DNA of 64,000 nucleotides from an uncultured delta proteobacterium (GTDB taxonomy: Bacteria; Myxococcota_A; UBA9160; SMWR01): assembly GCA_963832165.1 (NCBI GenBank), contig CAWHTE010000011.1, positions 768,001 through 832,000 on the forward strand, written 5' to 3'. Below are positions 10,334 through 19,828 of this stretch, piece by piece (the stretch's first letter is position 1; each line of letters begins with the position of its first letter). The notes beneath the pieces were generated by a model that did no database searches, was not told the origin of the DNA, and worked only from the letters and a program-made list of their open reading frames with translations. A program made the translations under genes and the position numbers.

Positions 10334-11542
10334 TCAGTCCGGGTCTGCGCCGAACAAGCGCAGCCGCGCCGCTTCGTCGCAGGGCGCATCGGGCCCCTGC
10401 CCGACGACGTCCGGGATGCACCTGGGATCGGCGAGCGCGCGCGCGAAGACGCCGTTGCGCCGCGCGTCGGCCTCGGGGCCCACGTCGAAGAACACCTGCG
10501 AGAGCCAGCCCTCGATCCTGTGGAGCCGACCGTAATATCGATCGTGCTCCTCGGCGTACGCGTGGATCGCCGCGTCCCAGTCGTCGCTCGCGAGCAGCCG
10601 CTCCGACAACACGCGCACGTCGCGCAGCGTGAGCGAGAGCCCGCAGCCCCACGTGGGATCGCTGCTCGCGGCCGCATCCCCGATGAGCACGATCCCTTCA
10701 CGTGCCGGATGCGGTGCGTACACGTCCGCGCCCGAAAAGGCCGCGAGCGGGCCTGCGGGTGTCGCTCGCTCGAGCCACGCCGCGGGTACCTGCGCCGCGT
10801 GGCACGCGGCGAGAAACGCGGGGACGTGCCCGCTGCCGGAGAGGCGGCCGGGATTTCCGTTCGCGTGGAACGCGACGTACGCCCGCAGGCGCTCGCGGCC
10901 CTGCGGAAACAGCAGCGCCTGCTCGCCCGCCGCGAAGTTCCAGAACAGCGTGGACACATCGTCCGGTCCCGCGAAGCCGTCGAGGAGCACGCCCGCGAGT
11001 GCGAGCTTCTCGGTATCGCGCGCGATCTCGAAGTCGCCCCAGACGCGCGCCTTGCTCGTGCGTCCATCGGCGCCGACCACGAGCCGCGCGCCGAACGTCT
11101 GCTCGCGGCCATCTTCGCAGCGCACGCGGACCGCAGGACGCGCGCCCGGTGTCAGCGCGATCGCGGTGGCGGGGCGGAGCAGCTCCGCGCCCGCGGCGAC
11201 CGCGGCCGCCAGCACGGCGTCCTGCAGTGCCGGGTGCGAGAGACACAGCGGCGCGAGACCTTCGGGATTCGTCTCGCGGATGTCGTTCCGCACCGCGAGC
11301 AGCGTTCCGATGTAGTTCTCGACGAAGGCGACCTCGCGCGCGCCGCACGCGCGCAGCACGTCGACGAGGCCGAGCCGATGCGCCTCGGCGACGCCCCAGG
11401 CCTCGAGATACTCCCCGCGCACGCGATCGCGAAACACCTCTTCGCGCTCGATCACGAGCACGCGCCGGCCCGCCCGCGCGAGCGAGAAGCCGAGCGCCGC
11501 CCCAGCCAGTCCACCACCGATCGCAATCGCGTCGTACGACAC
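10334..11542 (-). CDS. FAD-dependent oxidoreductase/monooxygenase
   Basis: IGGGLAG, VVGADG and LIGDAA...P..GCG FAD motifs. Confidence 0.85.
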   Translation of the reverse strand: MSYDAIAIGGGLAGAALGFSLARAGRRVLVIEREEVFRDRVRGEYLEAWGVAEAHRLGLVDVLRACGAREVAFVENYIGTLLAVRNDIRETNPEGLAPLCLSHPALQDAVLAAAVAAGAELLRPATAIALTPGARPAVRVRCEDGREQTFGARLVVGADGRTSKARVWGDFEIARDTEKLALAGVLLDGFAGPDDVSTLFWNFAAGEQALLFPQGRERLRAYVAFHANGNPGRLSGSGHVPAFLAACHAAQVPAAWLERATPAGPLAAFSGADVYAPHPAREGIVLIGDAAASSDPTWGCGLSLTLRDVRVLSERLLASDDWDAAIHAYAEEHDRYYGRLHRIEGWLSQVFFDVGPEADARRNGVFARALADPRCIPDVVGQGPDAPCDEAARLRLFGADPD

Positions 11543-11594
11543 GGCGCGAGTATCTCGCGGGCGGTTCGGCTTCGCACGCGCGCTGGCGGGAAAT

Positions 11595-12624
11595 TCAGTC
11601 CGCTACCGCCTCGAGAATCCGCAGCGCGCTCGCGGTCGGATGCGAGCGCTTGAGACGCAGCCCCGCGCTGCGGAACAGCGCGCGGAACTGTTCGAGCGTG
11701 CGCTCGCGGCCCGTGAGCAGCGCGAGCATGTTGACGTCGAGCAGCTTTCCCCAGTCGGGCGCGTTGCCCTTGGCGATCACGTGCTCGACGACGAGCACGC
11801 GGCCATCTGGGCGCATCGCCTCGCGGCAGTGGCGCAGGATCGTGCGCGCTCGCTCGTCGTCCCAGTCGTGGATGATGTACTTCATCACGTAGGCGTGCGC
11901 TCCCTTCGGAACCACCGCAAAGAAGTCACCGCCTTCGACGGTGCATCGCGCTGCGACCTCCTTGGCGCTGATGAATCCGCTCGCGCTCGCTCCTGCGACC
12001 ACCTGCGGCTGGTCGTAGAGCACGCCGCGCAGACGCTTGTGGCGGCGCAGGATCGCAGCGAGCAGGTGCCCGTGCGCGCCTCCCACGTCGACGAGCGTGT
12101 CGAGCTTCCCGAAGTCGTACCCGCGCGCGACTGCGGCGTTCTCGGGTCCCGAGATGCTGGCCATCGAGTCGGAGAAGAGGCGGTCCTCTTCGGGGTGGGC
12201 TCGCAGCCAGGGGAAGTACGGCATCCCGTGTGCGCGCTCGAACCCCACTTCCCCTGTGCGCACGGTGTGCGACAGCTCCTGCCAGCCGCGCCAGTTGTGT
12301 CCAGCCAACATCATGAGCGCGAAGCTGCGCAGCGAGCCGGGGACGCCCGTGCGAAGCGTCGCGGCGGTGGGAGTGAGTCGGAAGCGGCCGTCGGCCATCT
12401 CGGCGAACACGCCGACACTCGCCAGTGCACGTAGCACGCGGTGGAGCGCATCTGGCTGCGCGCCGACGCGCTTGGCGATCGCGGCGGGACTCGAGCGGCC
12501 CCTTCGCGAGTGCGTCGGCGACGCCGAGCTGCGCAATCACGAACAAGAGCTGCGAGACCCAGTATCCGGAGATCAGCCCGAGCATCACGTCCTGGGGCGG
12601 CGGGCGCCGATCGGCAGCTTTCAT
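11595..12624 (-). pseudogene. O-methyltransferase (dimerisation + Methyltransf_2), frameshifted about 12490
   Basis: N-terminal LISGYWVSQLLFVIAQLGVADAL is in one frame; RVLRALASVGVF, LVDVGGAHG, GGDFF and IIHDWDD are in another. Confidence 0.8.
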
Positions 12625-12652
12625 GGAGCCTCCTTGTCCCCGACGGGTGTTC

Positions 12653-13639
12653 TCACTCGGCTGCGGCGACTGGCTCCGGCGCCTGCTCCTGGTCGGGAAC
12701 GCGCTCCCAGCTCTTGTCCGGGTCGAAGCGCTGGATCGCGCGCGCCATCTCTGCGGTATCGGGCCCCAGATCCTTCTGGTAGACGACGCCGTCGTGGTTC
12801 ACGATGAACGTCATCACCCCCGAGTTGTCGTAGCTCGCGGGGTAGGCCACTACGGCAAAGCCGCCGATCATCTCCCCTTTGGCGACGTAGTCGTAAGCGC
12901 CGTCGCGCGCGTTCCGACCCTGGGACTCGAGCATGCGGTAGTAGTAGCCATGGTACGGAACCGGCTTGTTCGTGTAGCCCTCGTCCCGCGCCTGCGCGAC
13001 GAGCGAGCCGAGCGGGCTCTGCTCTTCGTCATCGCCGGTGGGAAAGTAGAGACCATCGCGCTTGCCTTCGCTGCTGTTGAATCGGCGCGCGAAGTGATTC
13101 AGCGAATCCCGGTTGGGATTGCGCGCGTAGTAGTCGCGCTGCGCGTCGACGACCGCGAGGCACGTCTGGATCGTGAAGCGCTCGTTGCGGCCGACGCGGC
13201 GATCGAGGATCTCTTCCTGGCCCGCCGCCGTGTCGAAGCGCCAGCCGGTGCTCTCCTTCACGATCGGGATCGGGAACGGCCACTTGTCCTTCCCGACGAC
13301 GAGATCGAAGCGGCGCGCGTTCGTGGCGTTGAGCGTGTGCGCTGCCTCGTAGCTCGCGGCGAAGCGCTGCATCATCTCGCGATCGGCAACCGCGTCCCCC
13401 GACTCGATGATCGGCTTCGCGTCCGGTCCGAGCACAGCCAGCATCGCCGTCGAATCACCGCCCTTTACCGCGGTGAGGAGCGCGGAGGCAGCCGCCTCCG
13501 CCGACGAGAAGTGTCGCTGCTCCGTCGGCGCGGTCGCGGACTTCGCCGGTTGCGCGGCGGGCTCCGTGCCGGTCGCCGCGCCGCTGCTCGAGGCGATCGC
13601 GAGCAGGATGCTCAGAAGCAACGTCTCGCGACACCTCAT
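12653..13639 (-). CDS. DUF2950 family protein
   Basis: WPFPIPIVK, EEILDRRVGRNE, PYHGYYYR, YDNSGVMTFIVNHDGVVYQKDLG; signal peptide; usual partner of DUF3300. Confidence 0.85.
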   Translation of the reverse strand: MRCRETLLLSILLAIASSSGAATGTEPAAQPAKSATAPTEQRHFSSAEAAASALLTAVKGGDSTAMLAVLGPDAKPIIESGDAVADREMMQRFAASYEAAHTLNATNARRFDLVVGKDKWPFPIPIVKESTGWRFDTAAGQEEILDRRVGRNERFTIQTCLAVVDAQRDYYARNPNRDSLNHFARRFNSSEGKRDGLYFPTGDDEEQSPLGSLVAQARDEGYTNKPVPYHGYYYRMLESQGRNARDGAYDYVAKGEMIGGFAVVAYPASYDNSGVMTFIVNHDGVVYQKDLGPDTAEMARAIQRFDPDKSWERVPDQEQAPEPVAAAE

Positions 13640-15213
13640 CGCCGCCTCCCTCCGCCGCCGCCGCGGCCGCCGCCCCCTCGCGAGCCACGCGAGGCACTCG
13701 ACCGGCTCGAGTGACCCCGGCTCGAATCGCGCCGCGTCTGACTCCCGTGTCCGACTCCTTTGAAGGCGTCCGAGCCGCGGCCGCGATCGACGCTGCGGTT
13801 GCCGCCGTAGCTGCCTCGCTGCGGGCCCGCGCTGGTACGGTCGCGCGAGCTGGTCGAGCGCTGGGGCTGGCCCGAGCGATCGCGAGCGGTGCTGCCCGCG
13901 CGATCGCCCGAGCTGGCGCTGCGCTGAGGCTCACCCGAGCGATCGCGAGCCGTGGTGCCGGCGCGGTCGCGCGAAGTGCTGCCGGCGCGCTGATCGCGCT
14001 GCGCGTTCGCGCGATCGACGTCGCGCTGCATCTGTCCGGTCCCCTCGCGAGCCATCTGCTGGCGCCCCTGTTCGGCGCGGCCGCGGAACGCCTCGCGGGA
14101 TTCGGCGCCCTTCGGACCACTTTTTCCGTAGCGATCCTGCGTGGCCTTGTCGCGGTACTGGGCGCCCTTGCGATGGGACGGGTCGTGCTGCCATTTGTTC
14201 TTTCCGCCGCGGTCTCCCTGCCTGCCGCGGTCGGCCGTACTCGCCTTGTCTCGTCCGCGCTCGCGATCACTGGCTTTGTCGCGGCGATCCCCGCGCTCGC
14301 CGTCGCCGCGCTCGCCGTCGCCACGCTCGCCATCGCCGCGCTCGCCGTCGCCACGCTCGCCATCGCCTCGCTCGCCGTCGCCGTCGACGTTGGTGTTCTG
14401 GTTGAACTCGTTGTACTCGTTCACGTTGATGTCGACGTCATCGTTGTGCCAGTCGCAATCGCCCCAGACCGCCGCGCCTACTGCCATGCCCGCTCCGAAC
14501 CAGAGCGCCGTCCCGTAGACGTAGCCGGGCGGGTAGTAGTAGTAGGGCGGGTACGCGGGATACGGCCACGGCCCATAGACGACGGTCGGGTTGTAGGTCG
14601 GGACGTACACCACCTGCGGATCGGCTTGCTCGATCACGATCACGCTCGGCTGTGTCTGTTGCACCACCACCTGCGTCGGCGCCTGCTCGACGGTCACCTC
14701 TGTGGGCGGCGCCTGCTCCACGATCACCTTCTGCTCCTTGGTGCTCTCGAGGTTCCCTGCGGCATGCGCTTTCGCGCGCAGGCGCTGCACCGCGTCCATC
14801 ACGTCCTTCTGCTGCGCGAGGAAGGCGTCGCCGAGCTTCTGCGTCCAGTCGAGCTTCTCGTTCATCATCGTGAGGATCTGCGGGAACGAGACGAGCGACT
14901 TCACGCTGGGGTCCCAGGTCTTGCCCTGGAGCGCTTCGTCGAGCGCCTTGTCCTTCAGCTCCGGGTTCTCCTGCTTGAAGCGCGCGGCTTCGACCACCTC
15001 GAGCGGATAGGTCGAGGCCATGAACACCTGCGCGAGCAGCGCATCGGGATAGAGCGCGATCGGCGCGACGATCTGCTCGAGTTCCTCGGGCGCAAATGTG
15101 GGAGTCGTGGGCGTCTCTGCCGCGCGCGCGGGTGTCCCCGTCAGCGCGATGCACGCGACGGCGAAGAAGATCGGGATGGCGGCTCGCGCCGACTCGCGGA
15201 GCGCTCGACTCAT
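13636..15213 (-). CDS. DUF3300 domain protein with a low-complexity R/G/S tail
   Basis: ELEQIVAPIALYPDALLAQVFMASTYP, WDPSVKSL, LDWTQKLGDAF, VYVPTYNP. Confidence 0.9.
   Translation of the reverse strand: MSRALRESARAAIPIFFAVACIALTGTPARAAETPTTPTFAPEELEQIVAPIALYPDALLAQVFMASTYPLEVVEAARFKQENPELKDKALDEALQGKTWDPSVKSLVSFPQILTMMNEKLDWTQKLGDAFLAQQKDVMDAVQRLRAKAHAAGNLESTKEQKVIVEQAPPTEVTVEQAPTQVVVQQTQPSVIVIEQADPQVVYVPTYNPTVVYGPWPYPAYPPYYYYPPGYVYGTALWFGAGMAVGAAVWGDCDWHNDDVDINVNEYNEFNQNTNVDGDGERGDGERGDGERGDGERGDGERGDGERGDRRDKASDRERGRDKASTADRGRQGDRGGKNKWQHDPSHRKGAQYRDKATQDRYGKSGPKGAESREAFRGRAEQGRQQMAREGTGQMQRDVDRANAQRDQRAGSTSRDRAGTTARDRSGEPQRSASSGDRAGSTARDRSGQPQRSTSSRDRTSAGPQRGSYGGNRSVDRGRGSDAFKGVGHGSQTRRDSSRGHSSRSSASRGSRGGGGRGGGGGRRR
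14293..14382 (-). repeat. Six tandem 15-bp units encoding (GDGER)6
   Basis: gcgctcgccgtcgcc-type units with a 30-bp higher-order periodicity. Confidence 0.9.
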
Positions 15214-15296
15214 GAGACCTCCCGGACCCCACCCCCGGCGCAATCACGCTAGCGGTCGCGGTGCGCGTGCGCTCTCGGTGCGGGGCTCGCGTCTCC

Positions 15297-16262
15297 CTAG
15301 AGCGTCTTCATGTACTCGATCAGCGCCCGCCGGTGGGCGTCGGTGAGCCCTGCGGTGAACTCGTGTCCTTCGTTGCCCTGGCCGAACATCCTCGTGTTGT
15401 AGATCTTCCGCTCCTCGATCTGCGACGGCGTCAGAGCCGACAGGCCGAGGAGGTTCCAGCTGAGGAGGTTGTTCGAATGGAGATTGGCGAGGATCCCCTC
15501 GAGAAGCGGGTCGTTCTGATCCTCGGGGTCCGGGTTGCAATTCAGGTACGGCGACACCGATAGATTCAGCAACGACCCGGTCTGGCACGGGATCACGTCG
15601 TATCGCCAGCCCACCTTCTGCGCGTCGAAGGCGCGGTCGAGATCGGTGTCGTAGCCCATGATCACGTTCCCGAGCAGGTTGGGGAACGCGGGCGTGATCG
15701 GGGGCTTCGACACGCGGCGCCAGATCTGGACCCGGTCGGCCGGCTTCAGCACCTCCCAGAGGTTCGGGACCGAGCCGTTGTGCATGTACGGAGCAGTCGC
15801 CCAGATGCCGTAGAGAGGCGGCGCCAGGTAGCCGGGCGTGCGCCCGCTGTTCAGGTCGGGATGGTTCTGAGGGCCGCAGTCCTGGGGCGTATCTGCGGTG
15901 GTCGGGTAGGAGAAGAATCCGTCACGCGCGGCCTCCTGGAGACCTTCGTGTTGATCCAGGCGAGCCCGGTCGGTGCCGATGATCTCGATCGGCACGATGT
16001 AGCCCGCGACACCCTCGAGATCGGGTGAAGCGAGGAAGTCGGGATCCTTCACGTATCTCTGCGCATAGGCACCGTGGCAGCTCGCACACGAGCCGTTGCC
16101 CTCGGGTCGCGGGATGTTCGCGTTGGCCGGGTCCTTCCACAGGTCCTTCGTGTGGAAGACCACGGCGCCCTCTGCGGCCAGGGTCTGATCGATCGGATAG
16201 GGATACGCCGGAGCCTTGAGGCTCTCGACCCAGACGTTCACATCGGGCGAGTGCTCCTGCAT
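15297..16262 (-). pseudogene. C-terminal half of a RoxA/RoxB-like rubber oxygenase (c-type diheme family), 5'-truncated
   Basis: GNGSCASCHGAY (16074-16088), IIGTDRAR, GYLAPPLYGIWATAPYMHNGSVPNLWEVL, KIYNT..GQGNEGHEF, RALIEYMKTL*; no signal peptide or first heme motif. Confidence 0.75.
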
Positions 16263-16499
16263 CCGAAGGCGCGCGACCTGCTGGAATGGGCCCAGCAGCT
16301 CCTCTCCGCGGCGATCCGGCAGCTGAAGGAGATGCGGCGCCCCGACGCGAGCGCAGACGTCGAGCTCGTGAGCGAGCTGATGCTTCGGCTGTTCCAGTCC
16401 GCAGTGCTGACGCCGGGCGGCGTGATGGGGTCGGGGAGCGACGACGAGCTGCGCCGCGCCGCCCGTCATCTGCTGGCGCCGCTCCTGCGCTCGCGCTGA
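16263..16499 (+). pseudogene. C-terminal fragment of a TetR/AcrR-like regulator
   Basis: DVELVSELMLRLFQSAVLTPGG...DDELRRAARHLLAPLL* resembles a TetR C-terminal domain; no HTH or start. Confidence 0.5.
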
Positions 16500-16557
16500 T
16501 CGATCGGCGCATTCCTGCTCTGGTGGGGTGCCGCAATGCGCTCGTGTGCGCGGTACG

Positions 16558-17199
16558 TCACTCCATCCGCACGAGCCCGCGCCGCGTGGCGACCTTGATC
16601 GCCTCGGTACGGCTCGTCACGCCGAGCTTCTCGAACAGGTGTCCCAAATGCGTCTTCACGGTCCGCTCGCTGATGCCGAGCTCGCTCGCGATCTCCTTGT
16701 TCGCCTTGCCGTCGGCCAGCGAGCGAAGCGTCGCGAGCTCGCGCGGTGTGAGCTGCACGTGCGTCACGCCCTCCGCGAGCTTCGCCGCCGCGGCGGGCGC
16801 GAGATACGTCTTGCCGGCGAGCACCTCGCGGATGCAGGAAATCAGATCGTCTGCGGCGATGTCCTTGAGCACGTACGCCTTCGCGCCCGCCTTCAGCGCG
16901 CGCGCGATCTCGTCGTCCGTGTCGTAGGTGGTGAGCACGATCACGCGCGCCTGCGGCTCGCGCGCGCGGATCCGGCGCACGGCCTCCACGCCGTCCATTA
17001 CGGGCATGCGCAGGTCGAGCAGCGTCACATCGGGGTGATATCGATCGAACGCATCGATCGCCTCGGCCCCGTTCCCCGCCTCCGCGACTACGCGCAGATC
17101 CGATTCCTGGTTGATGATGTTGGCGACGCCGGTCCGGAACAGCGCGTGGTCGTCGACGACGAGCACGCCGGCCGGTCCGGTCGATGCGTCAGCCGGCAA
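16558..17199 (-). CDS. NarL/LuxR-family response regulator
   Basis: VLVVDDHALFR, LLDLRMP, LTPRE...NKEIASELGISERTVKTH. Confidence 0.95.
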   Translation of the reverse strand: MPADASTGPAGVLVVDDHALFRTGVANIINQESDLRVVAEAGNGAEAIDAFDRYHPDVTLLDLRMPVMDGVEAVRRIRAREPQARVIVLTTYDTDDEIARALKAGAKAYVLKDIAADDLISCIREVLAGKTYLAPAAAAKLAEGVTHVQLTPRELATLRSLADGKANKEIASELGISERTVKTHLGHLFEKLGVTSRTEAIKVATRRGLVRME

Positions 17200-18481
17200 G
17201 GTGCACTTGCGTCGGAAGCGACGACGGCTCCCAGGCCAGCACCACCTCCGTACCGCTGCGCGGAGCGGTCACGATCGTGAGCGAGGCGCCGATCCGGTCG
17301 GCGCGCTCGCGCATGCTCGTCATGCCGAACCCCGCCGAGCGCCGTCCGCGCGCGATTCCGCGCCCGTCGTCGGCCACCGACAAGCGCAGCCCGATCGAGT
17401 TCACGCTCGACGCGCGGATCGTGATCTGCCCGGCACCCGCGTGTCGCACGGCGTTCGTCAGCGCCTCCTGCGCGATCGCGACGATCTCCCGCTCCACGCT
17501 GTCGCCGAAGCGCGGCAGCTCCTCCAGCTCGACCTCGATCGGGATATCGGTCGTGCGCTGGCCGAGATCCGCGAGCCGCTCGAGCGCCGCTGCGACGCCC
17601 TCGCTGTCGCCCACGTTGGGCCGCAGCGTGCACACCGATCGCCGCGCTTCGGTCAGGGACGTGCGCGCGAGAACGACCGCGTTCTCGAGACTCGAACGAA
17701 CGGAGGCGGGAAGCGTGCCCACCTCGCGCAGCGCGCCCTGCAGCTGCATCAGGATCGCAGCGAACCCCTGCGCGAGGTTGTCGTGGATGTCGCGCGCGAG
17801 CCGGTTCCGCTCTTCCAGCGTGGCCTTCTCGCGCTCCTCGATCCTGCCCTGCTCCGCGAGGCGACCCACGTGCAGAACGAACGTCGCATGACGCGCGATC
17901 GCCTCGAGCATCGCGAGCCGCCACTGCGGGCATTCGTTGCCGGGCCCGGAGGCGAGCACGAGCCAACCGAGAATGCGCGCGCCGATCACCATCGGCGCGG
18001 TCTGGATCGTCTCGATGCCCGAGCGCCGGATCTGGTCGCGGATGGGCGCGGGCAGGCGTGGATCGTCGCCCTCGTAGACGACGGCTCCCGTCCACCCCGG
18101 GATGTGTGTGAACAGATGCGTCGCCATGCTCTCGCGAGGGAGCGCCAGTGCGTCCCAGCCCGCGCTCCCCGGCGTGTGCAGCGCGCCTTGCTGATAGGTC
18201 ATCCACAGCTCGGCTCGCTCGTCGTCCTCGTCGAGCAGCCAGACGTCACACGCCTCGCTCTCGCACTCTTCGACGAGAGTCTTCGTGAACATGCCGAAGA
18301 AGCTCTCCACGCTCTCGGGCTCGCGCGCGAGCAGATTGAGCGTGAGCTCCGCCGCATCGGTCTGGACCTTACCGAGGCACTCCGCGTGGCGGCGCTCCTC
18401 CATCTCGTGGATCAGCGCTTCGCGGAGCTCGCTCGGGTCGGTGGGAAGGATCGGAACCTCGAACTCTGATTCGCTGTTCAT
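17189..18481 (-). CDS. GAF-domain sensor histidine kinase (HisKA_3)
   Basis: EERNRLARDIHDNLAQ, QEALTNAVRHA, DDGRG, GFGMTSMRERA; no TM segments. Confidence 0.9.
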   Translation of the reverse strand: MNSESEFEVPILPTDPSELREALIHEMEERRHAECLGKVQTDAAELTLNLLAREPESVESFFGMFTKTLVEECESEACDVWLLDEDDERAELWMTYQQGALHTPGSAGWDALALPRESMATHLFTHIPGWTGAVVYEGDDPRLPAPIRDQIRRSGIETIQTAPMVIGARILGWLVLASGPGNECPQWRLAMLEAIARHATFVLHVGRLAEQGRIEEREKATLEERNRLARDIHDNLAQGFAAILMQLQGALREVGTLPASVRSSLENAVVLARTSLTEARRSVCTLRPNVGDSEGVAAALERLADLGQRTTDIPIEVELEELPRFGDSVEREIVAIAQEALTNAVRHAGAGQITIRASSVNSIGLRLSVADDGRGIARGRRSAGFGMTSMRERADRIGASLTIVTAPRSGTEVVLAWEPSSLPTQVHLAG

Positions 18482-18706
18482 GACGAGCTCTCCGTGAGTT
18501 GAAAGGTAGTCCCCGACGCGGGATCGGGCCCGTGTCCTCACGGCGGAGCGCCGCATCGTCCGAAAGTCGCAGATCGCTCTACGGCACGCGTCGCGGTCCG
18601 GGTTCGCTCGTGCGGCGGAGCCGGCCGTGACACTCCTGCCCGATTGTGGGCGCGCTGTCGATTCCGAAGATTCCCAGGCGTCAGTTCTGGGAGACGGAGG
18701 AAAGCA

Positions 18707-19828
18707 ATGGCGAAGCGAATGGCACTGATGCTCCTGGTGGCGACGGTCGCGATCGCGGGGCTCGGCTTCGCGAAATTCCGACAGCTGCGAGCGGAGAACG
18801 AGGCGGAGTTCCAGCCGCCGCCCGAGGCGGTCACGACGATCGTCGTGCGCGAAGAGCAGTGGCATAGCGCACTGGCTGTGATCGGGACGGTGGCACCGGT
18901 TCAGGGTGTCACGGTGAGCGCCGACCTGCCGGGCATCGTCGAGCGGATCGCGTTCGAGTCGGGCGATCGCGTGCGCCAGGGCGACGTGCTGGTCGAGCTC
19001 GACACGCGGCAGGAGAGAGCGCAGCTCGCGGCGGCGCAGGCCGAGCGTGTGCTCGCCGGCCGCATCGTCGCGCGCATGCAGGCGATGTGGGACCAGGGCG
19101 TGATCTCGCGCACCGACTACGACCGCGCCACCGCAGAAGACGAACGGGCCGCAGCGCGTGTCGGGGAGATCCGCGCGACGATCGAGCGCAAGACGATCCG
19201 CGCGCCGTTCACGGGAGTCGCGGGCATCCGCCAGGTGAACCTCGGGCAGTACCTCTCGCCGGGCTCGGCGGTCGTCCCGCTGCAATCGCTCGACCCGATC
19301 TACGTGAACTTCGGCGTGCCGCAACAGGACGCGAGCCGCGTCGGCGTGGACCGCGCAGTGCGCATCACGACCGACGAGGTCACCGGCACCGCCTTCGAGG
19401 GCCGGATCACCGCGCTCGACTCGGTGGTCGACGAGGGCACGCGCAACATCCAGGTGCAGGCGACGTTCGCCAATCCGGACGGGGCGCTGCGCCCGGGCAT
19501 GTTCGTGCAGGCCCAGGTGAGCCTCGGCGCGACCCGCTCGGCCGTCGCGCTGCCGGCCTCGTCGATCCATTATGCGCCCTACGGAAACTCGGTCTTCGTC
19601 GTCACCGATCAGACCGATCCGCAGGGGAACACCTACCGCGGCGTGCGCGAGCAGTTCGTGAAGCTGGGCAGCGCGCGCGGCGACCAGGTGGCGGTGGTAT
19701 CGGGCGTCGACCCGGGCGCCGAAGTGGTCACCTCGGGTGTGTTCAAGCTGCGCAACGGCGCCGCGGTCCTCGTGAACAACGCGACCCGGCCCGGCAACGA
19801 CCCCGCGCCCCGCCCCGAGGAAAGCTGA
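18707..19828 (+). CDS. RND efflux periplasmic adaptor subunit
   Basis: N-terminal anchor, V.QGDVLVELD, IRAPFTG, LRPGMFV; ggagg RBS. Confidence 0.92.
   Translation: MAKRMALMLLVATVAIAGLGFAKFRQLRAENEAEFQPPPEAVTTIVVREEQWHSALAVIGTVAPVQGVTVSADLPGIVERIAFESGDRVRQGDVLVELDTRQERAQLAAAQAERVLAGRIVARMQAMWDQGVISRTDYDRATAEDERAAARVGEIRATIERKTIRAPFTGVAGIRQVNLGQYLSPGSAVVPLQSLDPIYVNFGVPQQDASRVGVDRAVRITTDEVTGTAFEGRITALDSVVDEGTRNIQVQATFANPDGALRPGMFVQAQVSLGATRSAVALPASSIHYAPYGNSVFVVTDQTDPQGNTYRGVREQFVKLGSARGDQVAVVSGVDPGAEVVTSGVFKLRNGAAVLVNNATRPGNDPAPRPEES

Noticed and set aside
17189..19570. 793-aa kinase ORF, and other over-long ORF-track starts (19087, 23490, 25849, 38515, and 47233 on the minus strand)
   Set aside because: The extensions are shadows of neighbouring genes; starts were reassigned using RBS, stop-start overlaps and family N-termini.
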